Shown: piece by piece, positions 24,892 to 35,329 of the stretch | Layout: every line of letters begins with the position of its first letter | Position numbering within the stretch: the first letter of the stretch is position 1 | NCBI GenBank assembly: GCA_027858735.1 | Contig: JAQICC010000310.1 | Location: 1 to 59,048, forward strand | Reading direction: 5' to 3' | DNA length: 59,048 nt | Source: Salinivirgaceae bacterium | Lineage (GTDB): Bacteria; Bacteroidota; Bacteroidia; Bacteroidales; SZUA-534 | The notes under the pieces: model-generated | Seen by the model: only the letters and a program-made list of their open reading frames with translations | What the model was told of the DNA's origin: nothing | Databases searched by the model: none | Position numbers and translations under genes: made by a program

Positions 24892-25011
24892 CACAGTGTA
24901 TACATTAAAAAAATACTGAAAGAGGAGGCTTTGCCAACAAATTTACAGGTAGAAATTGAAGAACAAAAATCCATAGTCAAGTAAATTAGTACTAATTGAA
25001 TATTAGAGCTT

Positions 25012-26229
25012 ATGAAAAAGAATTTTATTATCCTGTCAATTGGAATGTTTGCGTTATTTATTGCAAGCTGCAATAGTAGTAAACATGATGCTAAGGAAAT
25101 TTTATTACAAAAAGTTGATTCTGCTTTGTCCATAGCTGCGCAGCAGAGTATATTAATGGCCGAATCATTAATGGATAAACCCAATCAGTTTCCGCGTTCG
25201 GTTAATGCAAATGGCGATTTAGTAACCAGCAATTCTGAATGGTGGTGTAGCGGGTTTTTCCCTGGCACATTGTGGTATTTGTATGAAAATTCAAATAATG
25301 CCGTAGTAAAGGATTATGCCGAAGCTTTTACCCTACGAATTGAGCATGATACATGGAATAGTTTTGATCACGATATTGGTTTTATTATTTATTGTAGCTA
25401 TGGCAATGGCTATCGCTTAACTGGAAATCCTAGCTATAAACCTATTATAAAGTCTGCTGCTGAAAAATTGGCAACACGCATGCACCCAAAAACAAAAGCA
25501 CTTTTATCCTGGAATCCTGGGCCATGGAATAGTCATTGGCAATACCCTGTAATTATCGACAACATGATGAACCTGGAATTATTGATGTGGGCGGGTGAAA
25601 ATTACAATGATTCAAACTTAATAAATATAGCGTTAACACATTCAAATACAACCATAACAAATCATTACCGTCCCGATAACAGCTGTTTTCATGTAGTATC
25701 ATATGATACTATCACTGGGCAGCCGCATATAAAACAAACAGCACAAGGTTTTAGCAACGAATCGGCATGGGCTCGTGGCCAATCATGGGGGTTGTATGGA
25801 TATACCATGATGTATCGCGAAAGCAAAGACCAGAAATACCTAGACCAAGCCATTAAAATTGCGGATTTATTAGTGAACCACCCCAATTTGCCTGACGATA
25901 AAATTCCTTATTGGGATTATGATGCCCCTAACATTCCTGATGCTTTACGTGATGCTTCGGCTGGAGCCATTATGGCATCAGCATTACTCGAATTAAGCAC
26001 TATGGTTACTGATGAGAAAGCCAAAGATTATTTTACAACCGCTGAAAAGCAAATTGAAACACTTTGCGGATCTGAATATATTGCCAAAGAAGGTGAGAAT
26101 GGCCACTTTATTCTGAAACATAGTGTAGGACATATGCCTATGAATAGCGAAGTTGATGTTCCACTTAGTTATGCCGACTACTATTTTGTTGAAGCATTAA
26201 TCAGATATAAAAATTTAAAAGAAAATTAG
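25012..26229 (+). CDS. GH88 unsaturated glucuronyl hydrolase, lipoprotein
   Basis: Lipobox IASC; WCSGFFPGTLW, HDIGF, VIIDNMMNLE, WARGQSW, DASAGA, YADYYFVEAL. Confidence 0.92.
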   Translation: MKKNFIILSIGMFALFIASCNSSKHDAKEILLQKVDSALSIAAQQSILMAESLMDKPNQFPRSVNANGDLVTSNSEWWCSGFFPGTLWYLYENSNNAVVKDYAEAFTLRIEHDTWNSFDHDIGFIIYCSYGNGYRLTGNPSYKPIIKSAAEKLATRMHPKTKALLSWNPGPWNSHWQYPVIIDNMMNLELLMWAGENYNDSNLINIALTHSNTTITNHYRPDNSCFHVVSYDTITGQPHIKQTAQGFSNESAWARGQSWGLYGYTMMYRESKDQKYLDQAIKIADLLVNHPNLPDDKIPYWDYDAPNIPDALRDASAGAIMASALLELSTMVTDEKAKDYFTTAEKQIETLCGSEYIAKEGENGHFILKHSVGHMPMNSEVDVPLSYADYYFVEALIRYKNLKEN

Positions 26230-26230
26230 A

Positions 26231-27748
26231 ATGAAACAGTTTTTAATAATTAGCATCCTTCTTTCATGGAGTTTTTTAGTGAATGCACAGTATCAAACTT
26301 CCATCAGTAATAAAGGAGAAGGCTACTTCACCAATCCAATTTTTGCAGGCGATTATCCCGATCCAAGTATTCTGCGCGATGGTAACGATTACTATGTAGT
26401 TCATTCATCGTTTGAATATTATCAGGGTTTATTAATTTGGCATTCCACCGATTTAATTAATTGGAACCCTTTGGTTAACGCTCTCAACCAATATGTAGGA
26501 TCTGTTTATGCGCCTGATTTAATCAAGCACAACAATAAGTACTACATTTATTTTCCTGCTAAAGGAAGCAATTTTGTGGTTTGGGCAAATAAAATCGAAG
26601 GTCCCTGGAGCAAGCCCATTGACTTAAAAGTAGGTAATATTGACCCTGGCCATGTGGTTGATAAGGATGGAAAACGCTACTTATACTTTAGTAATGGCGG
26701 TTATGTTCCCTTATCGGAAGATGGATTGAAAGTTACCGGAAATTTAACCATGTCATACGAGGGGTGGCCATTACCCGAAGACTGGATTATTGAGTGTTTC
26801 TGTTTAGAAGGACCTAAACTAATGAAACATGGCGACTATTATTATCTAACCGTAGCTGAAGGTGGAACATCGGGTCCTGCCACAGGTCATACCGTAGTAT
26901 CGGCACGATCAAAATCCCCATTAGGACCGTGGGAAAATTCTCCCTATAATCCCATTGCACGTACCGAAAGCAGTAAAGAAAAATGGTGGTCGGTAGGACA
27001 CGCTACTATTTTTGATGATGTAGCAGGTGATTGGTGGATGGTGTTACATGGCTACGAGAACGGACATTATAACATGGGTAGACAAACAATGCTACTTCCG
27101 GTAGAGTGGACCGCTGACGGATGGTATAAAGTACCGGATGGCATTGAAATTGACCAACCCATAAAAAAGCCCAAAGGCAAAACAATGACTTCCAACTTCA
27201 ATATAAGTGATTCTTTTGATGGGAACGATTTAAAACCTCAATGGAGATATTTTAAAGAGACAGACTTTAGCAGACATAAGGTTGAAAACAATACCCTTAC
27301 GCTTCAAGCCAAAGGCGACGCTATAGGAAATTCTTCGCCCCTACTTACCATTGCTGCCGATCATTCTTACGAAGCACAAGTTGAAATGGTAATTGATGAG
27401 GGTGCCATGGGTGGTTTGGTATTAATGTATAATGAAAATGCTTATGGTGGAATATTGGCCGACAGTAAAAACATTCACTGCAACATTCGCCGCTGGCAAT
27501 TTATTGCCGAAAAAGAGGTCATTAAAAATCATGTATATCTGAAAATAAGAAATATTAATGATGTAGTAAATATGTATTACAGTCTGGATGGTGAAAACTG
27601 GAAAAGAGTAGAGACTTCTTTAGAAGTTTCAGGTTTCCATCACAATGCTTTCAGTGAGTTTATGAGTCTAAGAATTGGCCTTTGCTCCATTGGAGAAGGA
27701 CAGGTTGAATTTAAAAATTTTGAGTACAAAAAAATAAACAACAGATAA
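26231..27748 (+). CDS. GH43 beta-xylosidase/alpha-L-arabinofuranosidase with C-terminal beta-sandwich
   Basis: NPIFAGDYPDPSI, YAPDL, IDPG, LEGPK, AEGGT, GHATI, GRQT; concanavalin-like C-domain. Confidence 0.9.
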   Translation: MKQFLIISILLSWSFLVNAQYQTSISNKGEGYFTNPIFAGDYPDPSILRDGNDYYVVHSSFEYYQGLLIWHSTDLINWNPLVNALNQYVGSVYAPDLIKHNNKYYIYFPAKGSNFVVWANKIEGPWSKPIDLKVGNIDPGHVVDKDGKRYLYFSNGGYVPLSEDGLKVTGNLTMSYEGWPLPEDWIIECFCLEGPKLMKHGDYYYLTVAEGGTSGPATGHTVVSARSKSPLGPWENSPYNPIARTESSKEKWWSVGHATIFDDVAGDWWMVLHGYENGHYNMGRQTMLLPVEWTADGWYKVPDGIEIDQPIKKPKGKTMTSNFNISDSFDGNDLKPQWRYFKETDFSRHKVENNTLTLQAKGDAIGNSSPLLTIAADHSYEAQVEMVIDEGAMGGLVLMYNENAYGGILADSKNIHCNIRRWQFIAEKEVIKNHVYLKIRNINDVVNMYYSLDGENWKRVETSLEVSGFHHNAFSEFMSLRIGLCSIGEGQVEFKNFEYKKINNR

Positions 27749-27759
27749 CAAATAAAATT

Positions 27760-30150
27760 ATGAAGAGATTTACACTTTTTACCAGACAGCTAATGCTGCT
27801 AATGATTTGCCTAGCCATGGGCTTGGTAGCAAAATCACAATTACAGGGTTTCGGCTTACAAAACGAGCCTATCGATATTAGTACAGATTTTGCGGACTTT
27901 AAAAACACCTACTATCTGGCTGATAGTTTGGCTAGTTTTAATCCGGAAACCGGACAGGGTAAAATTTCATACAAACGCTATGAGTATGTCACCCGTATGG
28001 CATTTAATAACATGTTAGGTGTATTAGTACCGGTTGAGCAAAATGAGTTTCCGGCTGCTGAATATGCAGGCTCGCCAGAGTTGCCTTTTGCCATTGAGTT
28101 TGTGTCTCCACGAACCATTCGCATTAAAGCCAAGTCTGGCTTTGAAGTGGCTCCTGATCAAGAGTCTCTTATGCTAATTAACGGTAAAGCACCGGTCGAT
28201 AAATCGTGGAAATATTCGAAAACAGCAACAGGTCACCAGTATACTTCAAAATTTGGTAAGGTAGTTATTGAAACGGCTCCTTGGCATGTGTCAGTATACA
28301 ATGCAGAGGGTAAGCTCTTAACTTCAACAATTCATAACAGCGACATGTCAGAAAAAACCTATACTCCGGTATTGCCTTTTTCTTATGTTCGTCGCGCCAG
28401 CGATTATTCCCGTAGTTTTGCGGCTACATTTTCTTTATCGCCTGATGAAAAAATCTTTGGCTGCGGTGAATCTTTCCAGTCTTTTGATAAAAGAGGACAA
28501 AAAGTAGTGTTGTGGACGGATGATGCCAATGGTGTTCAAAATGAATCGATGTACAAACCCATACCGTTTTACATGAGTAGTCGTGGTTATGGTGTATTTA
28601 TGCATACTTCAACTCCTATTACAATAGATTTTGGTAAATACTTTAGTGGTGCCAATTCCATGATGATTGGCGATGAAGCCCTTGATTTATTTGTATTTAT
28701 TGGTGACCCAAAAGAAATTTTAAGCGAATACACCACCTTAACAGGAAAAGCTGAAATGCCTCCACTTTGGTCGTTTGGCTTTTGGATGAGTCGCATAACG
28801 TATTTCTCACAAGATGAAGGTTTGGCTGTGGCTGATAATTTGCGTGTACATAAAATACCTGCCGATGTATTGCACTTTGATACCGGTTGGTTCGAAACCG
28901 ATTGGCAATGCGATTACAAATTTGCACCCTCTCGTTTTGCGGACCCCAAAAAAATGATTGTGGAATTAAAGAAAAAAGGAATTCAAACTTGCCTTTGGCA
29001 ATTGCCCTATTTTGTACCTAAAAATTCAATATTTCCTGAAATTATTGAAAAGGGATTGTATGTAAAAAACAATAAAGGCAATTTACCTTATGAAGATGCC
29101 GTGTTGGATTTTACAAACCCTGATGCTGTATCTTGGTATCAAGGTAAAATAAAAAGCTTACTCGATTTAGGCGTGGGTGTTATAAAGGTAGATTTTGGTG
29201 AAGCCGCGCCTGCCAATGGTATTTATGCCAATGGGCGAACAGGCTTTTATGAGCATAATCTATACCCATTACGTTATAACAAAGCTGTAGCGGAAATTAC
29301 GAAGCAAACTACAAACGAAACAATTATTTGGGCTCGTAGTACCTGGGCAGGGAGTCAACGTTACCCCTTGCATTGGGGTGGCGATGCCGCCAATACCAAT
29401 ACAGCCATGTCAGCAACTTTACGTGGTGGACTTTCATTAGGCTTGTCAGGATTTTCATTCTGGAGTCATGATATTGGCGGTTTTGTACAAAAAACTCCAG
29501 AAGATATTTACCGTCGTTGGACTCCATTTGGTATGCTAACATCACATGTTCGTACACATGGTGCCCCTCCAACCGAGCCTTGGGAATATGGCGAAGATTT
29601 TACAAATGCCTTCCGTAATGCAACCAATTTACGTTACGAGCTAATGCCTTATATTTATGCACAGGCAAAACAGTGCAGCGAAAATGGATGGCCTATGATG
29701 CGAGCACTTTTTGTGGAATATCCAGATGATGCCGGTTCATGGCTAATTGACAATGAATATTTGTTTGGTTCTGATATTTTAGTAGCACCTATGTTTGAAA
29801 ATGGCACTTCACGTGATGTTTATTTACCTGCTGGCGAATGGATTGATTACCAAACAGGGAATGCTTACCAAGCTGGATGGCACCATATAGAAGCTGGCGA
29901 TATACCTATCATCATGTTAGTAAAAAGTGGTACTGTTCTTCCTCATATTGAGTTAGCACAATCAACAGCATTTATGGATTGGACCAAACTTAAACTAAAG
30001 GTTTTTGCAAAAAATGGCGAAACAGCAACTGGTTTGGTTTGTTTGCCCGAAACCAAAGAATTAAAGACTATAGAAGTTAAAAATGGTGCTTTAGTTACTG
30101 ATCCCTATGCAGGCAAAGTTAAATGGGAAATTTCAAGCTATAATAAATAA
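27760..30150 (+). CDS. GH31 alpha-xylosidase (YicI-like)
   Basis: YKPIPFYMS, PPLWSFGFW, KVDFGE (nucleophile), HWGGD (acid/base), WSHDIGGF. Confidence 0.9.
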   Translation: MKRFTLFTRQLMLLMICLAMGLVAKSQLQGFGLQNEPIDISTDFADFKNTYYLADSLASFNPETGQGKISYKRYEYVTRMAFNNMLGVLVPVEQNEFPAAEYAGSPELPFAIEFVSPRTIRIKAKSGFEVAPDQESLMLINGKAPVDKSWKYSKTATGHQYTSKFGKVVIETAPWHVSVYNAEGKLLTSTIHNSDMSEKTYTPVLPFSYVRRASDYSRSFAATFSLSPDEKIFGCGESFQSFDKRGQKVVLWTDDANGVQNESMYKPIPFYMSSRGYGVFMHTSTPITIDFGKYFSGANSMMIGDEALDLFVFIGDPKEILSEYTTLTGKAEMPPLWSFGFWMSRITYFSQDEGLAVADNLRVHKIPADVLHFDTGWFETDWQCDYKFAPSRFADPKKMIVELKKKGIQTCLWQLPYFVPKNSIFPEIIEKGLYVKNNKGNLPYEDAVLDFTNPDAVSWYQGKIKSLLDLGVGVIKVDFGEAAPANGIYANGRTGFYEHNLYPLRYNKAVAEITKQTTNETIIWARSTWAGSQRYPLHWGGDAANTNTAMSATLRGGLSLGLSGFSFWSHDIGGFVQKTPEDIYRRWTPFGMLTSHVRTHGAPPTEPWEYGEDFTNAFRNATNLRYELMPYIYAQAKQCSENGWPMMRALFVEYPDDAGSWLIDNEYLFGSDILVAPMFENGTSRDVYLPAGEWIDYQTGNAYQAGWHHIEAGDIPIIMLVKSGTVLPHIELAQSTAFMDWTKLKLKVFAKNGETATGLVCLPETKELKTIEVKNGALVTDPYAGKVKWEISSYNK

Positions 30151-30182
30151 TATAATTGTTAATCATAAATAATATACTAGAA

Positions 30183-32996
30183 ATGAATAAATTGAGAAGT
30201 GTTTTAGTTCTCTTAATGGCATCATTTATACTGTTTAGCTGTACCCCAAAGGTAGAAGTTAAACAAGTTGAGAATGGAGTTGAGATGCACGGCAAAAACA
30301 TTAACGTAAAAGTTCAGTTTTACGGAGAAAAACTGGCCCGTGTAACCAAATGGAGTGCCGATGGCTCTTCTGAGAAAAAAAGTTTAATGGTACTAAGCCA
30401 TGAACTGCCAAGTATTGAAGTTAGCGTAGAAGAAACTGCTGAAACAGTAGAATTAAAAACTGCTGCTGTTGCATTGAGTATTTCAAAAACCGATGGTAAT
30501 ATCAAATACACCGAGCTTTCTGGCAAAGTTGTGTTGCAAGAGCAAGGCCAGCCATTGTTGGATCCGATTGTTTACGACGGTGACAATGGGTACACTTTAC
30601 AGCAAGATTTTAAACTTACCGACAGCGAAGGCGTATATGGTTTAGGCCAGCATCAGTACGGGTATTTTAACTATCGTGGCAAAGAGGTTAAATTGGTTCA
30701 AACCAATGTTGATGCGGTTAACCCATTTTTAATTTCAACAAACAATTATGGTATTCTTTGGGATAACTATTCAAAAACTATTTTTAAAGACGATGCTCAA
30801 GGTGCATCATTATGGTCTGATATGGGAAGTAACATTGATTACTACTTTGTATATGGTGAAAGCATGGATGCCATAATTTCAGGCTATCGTACCCTAACCG
30901 GCAAAGCTCCTATGTACGGTAAACATGCTTATGGTTACTGGCAAAGTAAAGAACACTACGATACTCAAGAAGAGATTTTAAGTGTTGCTCGAAAGTATCG
31001 TAAACTAAAAATTCCAATTGATAATATGATTCAGGATTGGGATTATTGGGATGGTTTTGATAATTGGAGCGGTATGTTTTTTGCTAAAAATTTATTCCCC
31101 GATCCGCAAGCTATGATGGATGAATTACATGAAAAAAACTTTCATGCCATTATTTCAATTTGGCCGGCATTAGGACCAAAAACTCCCATTTACAAAGAAA
31201 TGGAAGAAAATGGTCATTTAATTGATGTTGTTGGTTGGGCTGGTTTTAAATATATGGATACTTACCGACCCGGTGCAAACGCCATGTATTGGAAATACCT
31301 AAAAGGGGGCATTTATTCAAAAGGTCTTGATGGCTGGTGGATTGACTCTACTGAACCCGATGTGGTAAATGCGCTTACTAAAGAATCAACTGAGTACGAA
31401 ATGAAGAAAATGGGAAGTTGTGCAATTGGTTCATGGGCACGATATTTAAACTCATTTTCATTGGTAATGACTGACGACATCCACAAATACTGGAGAGAAG
31501 AAACATCTGAACGTAGAGCTTACATTTTAACACGCTCTTGTTTTGCCGGTCAGCAACGCAATGGCGCTACAACATGGTCGGGCGATATTGGTGCAAACTG
31601 GGATGTTTACCGAAACCAAATTTCGGCCGGTACCAACCACTGTATGTCAGGTATTCCTTACTGGACATTCGATATTGGCGCATTCGTAATAGGTGCTTAC
31701 GATGGTGTATTCTGCAATGGAGGAAAAGATCCGGCTTATCAGGAGCTTTATAACCGTATGTTCCAGTTAGGTGCATTTACTCCAATTTTCCGTTCACATG
31801 GGTCTGAAACTCCCCGTGAAATTTGGGAAATGGGTGAATTCTCCGACGCCTTACTTAAATTTGATAACCTGCGTTACCGTTTGATGCCTTATATTTATTC
31901 TTTAGCATGGAAAGTTACCAGCGAAGATTATACCTACATGCGTGGTCTTCCTATGGATTTTACTAACGATGAAAAAACGTATAACATTGACGATCAGTTT
32001 ATGTTTGGACCTGCTTTAATGGCCTGTCCGGTTACTGATTACATGTACCACACTCCTCCGCAAAAAACAGTATTGGTAGGTTCTGAATACTTTACTACCA
32101 ACAATGGACAACCAGGTTTATTGGCTAAGTATTATAAAGACACTGAATACAAAAACCTTGGCATCGAACAAATTGATCCTACCATTGATGTATTCTGGTA
32201 CACAGGGCGACCTGACTATGTTACCGATTCAATGTTCTCAATCCGATGGGAAGGAAAATTAACTCCTAAAGAAAGCGGAAAACATCAGTTCCACTTAAAA
32301 AGTTTTGATGCCAAGCGCATTATTCTTGATGGCGATACACTTCCAATTGTTTATACCAGTGTTGAACAATATACTGCTGCTATTGAATTGGAGGCAGGTA
32401 AAGCATACAGCTTTGTTGTTGAAACTGAAAACACCTCAACCGGAGCAGCCCGTATGCGCTTATTCTGGAAAGACCCTGCTGTATTTGCTAAAGAAGCTAC
32501 TAAACCAATTAGAGAAAAAACTTCAGAAGTGTACTTACCAGCAGGTACTACTTGGGTTGATTTCTGGACCGGTAAAACTTACGAAGGCGGCACAAATCAG
32601 GTTTTCAACGCTCCTAAAGATATTATGCCACTATTGGTTAAAGCAGGTTCAATAATTCCAATGGGACCATTTATTCAGTATGCAACCGAAAAACCTGCCG
32701 ACCCAATTGAATTGCGTGTTTATGCAGGTGCCGACGGTTCATTCAATCTTTACGAAGATGAAAACAATAATTACAATTACGAAAAAGGCATTTATGCAAC
32801 CATCAACTTTAAATGGAATGATGCAAAAAAAGCCTTGACTATTGAAAAACGTAAAGGTCGTTTTCCTGGTATGCTTGAAAAGCGCACCATTAATATTGTT
32901 TTGGTTAAAGAAGGTGTAGGAATCGGTGTTGATTTAGAAAAGGATATCACAAAGAAAATTAACTATAACGGTGAAGAACTAACTGTTACGTTCTAG
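30183..32996 (+). CDS. GH31 alpha-xylosidase-like lipoprotein with PA14-like insertion
   Basis: Lipobox LFSC; YGLGQHQ, QDWDYW, WWIDSTEP, WSGDI, WTFDIGAF, FRSHG. PA14-like segment 'GLLAKYY...FSIRWEGKL.P.ESG.HQF'. ATG 30183 preferred over TTG 30156. Confidence 0.9.
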   Translation: MNKLRSVLVLLMASFILFSCTPKVEVKQVENGVEMHGKNINVKVQFYGEKLARVTKWSADGSSEKKSLMVLSHELPSIEVSVEETAETVELKTAAVALSISKTDGNIKYTELSGKVVLQEQGQPLLDPIVYDGDNGYTLQQDFKLTDSEGVYGLGQHQYGYFNYRGKEVKLVQTNVDAVNPFLISTNNYGILWDNYSKTIFKDDAQGASLWSDMGSNIDYYFVYGESMDAIISGYRTLTGKAPMYGKHAYGYWQSKEHYDTQEEILSVARKYRKLKIPIDNMIQDWDYWDGFDNWSGMFFAKNLFPDPQAMMDELHEKNFHAIISIWPALGPKTPIYKEMEENGHLIDVVGWAGFKYMDTYRPGANAMYWKYLKGGIYSKGLDGWWIDSTEPDVVNALTKESTEYEMKKMGSCAIGSWARYLNSFSLVMTDDIHKYWREETSERRAYILTRSCFAGQQRNGATTWSGDIGANWDVYRNQISAGTNHCMSGIPYWTFDIGAFVIGAYDGVFCNGGKDPAYQELYNRMFQLGAFTPIFRSHGSETPREIWEMGEFSDALLKFDNLRYRLMPYIYSLAWKVTSEDYTYMRGLPMDFTNDEKTYNIDDQFMFGPALMACPVTDYMYHTPPQKTVLVGSEYFTTNNGQPGLLAKYYKDTEYKNLGIEQIDPTIDVFWYTGRPDYVTDSMFSIRWEGKLTPKESGKHQFHLKSFDAKRIILDGDTLPIVYTSVEQYTAAIELEAGKAYSFVVETENTSTGAARMRLFWKDPAVFAKEATKPIREKTSEVYLPAGTTWVDFWTGKTYEGGTNQVFNAPKDIMPLLVKAGSIIPMGPFIQYATEKPADPIELRVYAGADGSFNLYEDENNNYNYEKGIYATINFKWNDAKKALTIEKRKGRFPGMLEKRTINIVLVKEGVGIGVDLEKDITKKINYNGEELTVTF

Positions 32997-33014
32997 TAAA
33001 TAAATTAAAGCTAT

Positions 33015-33113
33015 TTCCCCCTTTCTTCGCTTATTACATCAATTACAACATAAGTAAGAAAAATAGAAAGGGGGAATTTAGCGCTTCCAATTTACGCTAA
33101 GCTTTTAGCTTAG
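33015..33113. repeat. Intergenic palindromes (long stem plus short hairpin)
   Basis: TTCCCCCTTTCT (33015-33026) / AGAAAGGGGGAA (33065-33076), a perfect 12-bp IR; CTAAGCT-TTT-AGCTTAG (33097-33113). Confidence 0.65.
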
Positions 33114-33158
33114 TATATTATAAACCTGAAATTGTGTTAAACTTAAAAAGTTGAAATC

Positions 33159-35306
33159 ATGAAAATAATTATATTATTGACATCAATTATCATACTTAGT
33201 TTTTCAGCATTTAGCCAATATAAATATCCTTTTCAAAATCCTAATATGGATACTGAAGCACGAATCGATAATTTACTTTCGCTAATGACTTTAGATGAAA
33301 AAGTATCAAGCTTAAGTACCAATCCTGATGTACTCCGATTAGGTTTAAAAGGCACCGGACATGTTGAAGGCTTGCATGGTTTAACACAAGGAGGACCTGC
33401 CAAGTGGGGGCATCCTAAATTAATTTATACTACAACCTTTCCTCAATCTATTGGTCTCGCTCAAACTTGGGACACCGCAGCAATTAAAAAAGCTGCCCAA
33501 ATTGAAGCATATGAAACTCGCTACGTTTTTCAAAGTAATTACAAGCAAGGTGGATTAGTGGTTCGAGCTCCAAATGCAGATATTGGAAGAGATATTAGAT
33601 GGGGAAGAACAGAAGAATGTTATGGGGAAGATGCCTGGTTTAATGCGCAAATGGTTGTTCAATTTATAAAAGGACTACAAGGATCTGATTCAAAATATTG
33701 GATGACGGCTTCGCTTATGAAGCATTTTATGGCTAATAGCAATGAAAATAGTCGTGATAGTTCAAGCAGTAATTTTAATGAACGTTTGTTTCGTGAATAC
33801 TACTCCTACCCTTTTTATAAAGGCATAAAAGAAGGTGGCAGTAGAGCTTACATGGCATCATACAATGCATACAACGGCACACCCATGACAATTCACCCTA
33901 TGCTTAAAAAAATTACGGTTGATGAATGGGGCCAAAACGGAATAATTTGTACCGATGGCGGCGCATATAGATTACTTTATAGTGCACACCACCAGTATGC
34001 CGATATGAACTTAACAGCCGAAGCTTGTATTAAGGCCGGTATCAATCAATTTCTTGATCGTTACCGCGAAGGAGTATATGGAGCCCTTGCCAATGGCTAT
34101 TTAGATGAGAGTGATTTGGATGATGTTTTGAGAGGCGTTTATAGGGTAATGATTAAACTCGGCCAGCTTGATCCTGATGAATTGGTTCCATATAAATCAA
34201 TTGGTAAAAATAATGAACCGGAACCCTGGAATAGTGAAAAACACAAAAAATCGGTTCTGGAATTAACTAAAAAAAGCATTGTATTACTTAAGAATGAAAA
34301 TAGAACTTTACCACTTAACCAATCCAATTTAAAATCGATAGCGGTGATTGGCGAACTTGCCGATACTGTAATGCTAGACTGGTACAGCGGAACCCCACCA
34401 TATAATATAACTTTATTAGAGGCCTTAAAAACCAATTTAGGCTCCCAATGCTCTATAAAATATGAACAAAATAATAACTATAACTCTGCGGTAGAGATTG
34501 CCCAAAATGCAGATATTGCTATTGTAATGGTTGGAAACAATCCTACGTGTGGAGCAGGTTGGAAACAATGCCCAACACCTAGCGATGGTAAGGAAGCTGT
34601 TGACAGAAAATCAATAGAACTCGAACAAGAAGCATTAATACAACGCGTTTACAAAGCCAACCCAAATACTATAGTTATTTTACAAAGTAGTTTCCCGTAT
34701 GCAATAAATTGGACCAATCAAAACATTCCTGCTATTTTGCACATAACACATAATAGTCAGGAAACCGGTAATGCTCTATTCGACGTATTATTTGGTCATT
34801 ATAATCCTGCCGGAAGGTTAGTGCAAACATGGCCTACGAGTATTGATCATTTGCCACCTATGTTAGATTACGACATTACCAAAGGCAGAACTTATATGTA
34901 CAGCACGCATAAACCTTTATATGAATTTGGGTTTGGATTAAGCTACAGTACTTTTACCTACAATAACCTAAAAGTAAACAAACTAAAGGCCCAACCAGGC
35001 GAAATTATTACTGTTACAGTCGATGTTAAAAATAATGGCTCAATAGATGGCGATGAAGTAGTTCAGCTTTATGTATCACATCTGTCATCGAGTGTAGAAA
35101 GGCCTATTAAGGAATTAAAAGCATTCAACCGCATTAACATTAAACAAGGTAAAAAAGTAAGTGTGAAATTAAACCTAAACACCAGTGAATTGGCCTATTG
35201 GGATTCTACCGCTAAAAAATTCATTGTTGAAAAAGGTGAAATAAAGCTTCTGATCGGTTCATCGTCAGAAGATATTCAGCAGACAACAACCATATTTATA
35301 GAATAG
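33159..35306 (+). CDS. GH3 beta-glucosidase/beta-xylosidase
   Basis: EGLHG, RDIRWGRTEECYGED, KHF, ICTDGG (nucleophile Asp), SIVLLKN, FGFGLSY, FN3-like 'GDEVVQLYV...KELKAF'. Confidence 0.93.
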   Translation: MKIIILLTSIIILSFSAFSQYKYPFQNPNMDTEARIDNLLSLMTLDEKVSSLSTNPDVLRLGLKGTGHVEGLHGLTQGGPAKWGHPKLIYTTTFPQSIGLAQTWDTAAIKKAAQIEAYETRYVFQSNYKQGGLVVRAPNADIGRDIRWGRTEECYGEDAWFNAQMVVQFIKGLQGSDSKYWMTASLMKHFMANSNENSRDSSSSNFNERLFREYYSYPFYKGIKEGGSRAYMASYNAYNGTPMTIHPMLKKITVDEWGQNGIICTDGGAYRLLYSAHHQYADMNLTAEACIKAGINQFLDRYREGVYGALANGYLDESDLDDVLRGVYRVMIKLGQLDPDELVPYKSIGKNNEPEPWNSEKHKKSVLELTKKSIVLLKNENRTLPLNQSNLKSIAVIGELADTVMLDWYSGTPPYNITLLEALKTNLGSQCSIKYEQNNNYNSAVEIAQNADIAIVMVGNNPTCGAGWKQCPTPSDGKEAVDRKSIELEQEALIQRVYKANPNTIVILQSSFPYAINWTNQNIPAILHITHNSQETGNALFDVLFGHYNPAGRLVQTWPTSIDHLPPMLDYDITKGRTYMYSTHKPLYEFGFGLSYSTFTYNNLKVNKLKAQPGEIITVTVDVKNNGSIDGDEVVQLYVSHLSSSVERPIKELKAFNRINIKQGKKVSVKLNLNTSELAYWDSTAKKFIVEKGEIKLLIGSSSEDIQQTTTIFIE

Positions 35307-35329
35307 TAAACAACCTAATATTATCAAAT

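Noticed and set aside
24892-24984. 30 open codons in frame after the GH2 TAG stop (possible read-through or recoding)
   Set aside because: The GH2 already ends at its normal C-terminus (F.LKP), other TAG-ending genes are directly followed by the next gene, and this length can arise by chance; at most a gene remnant.
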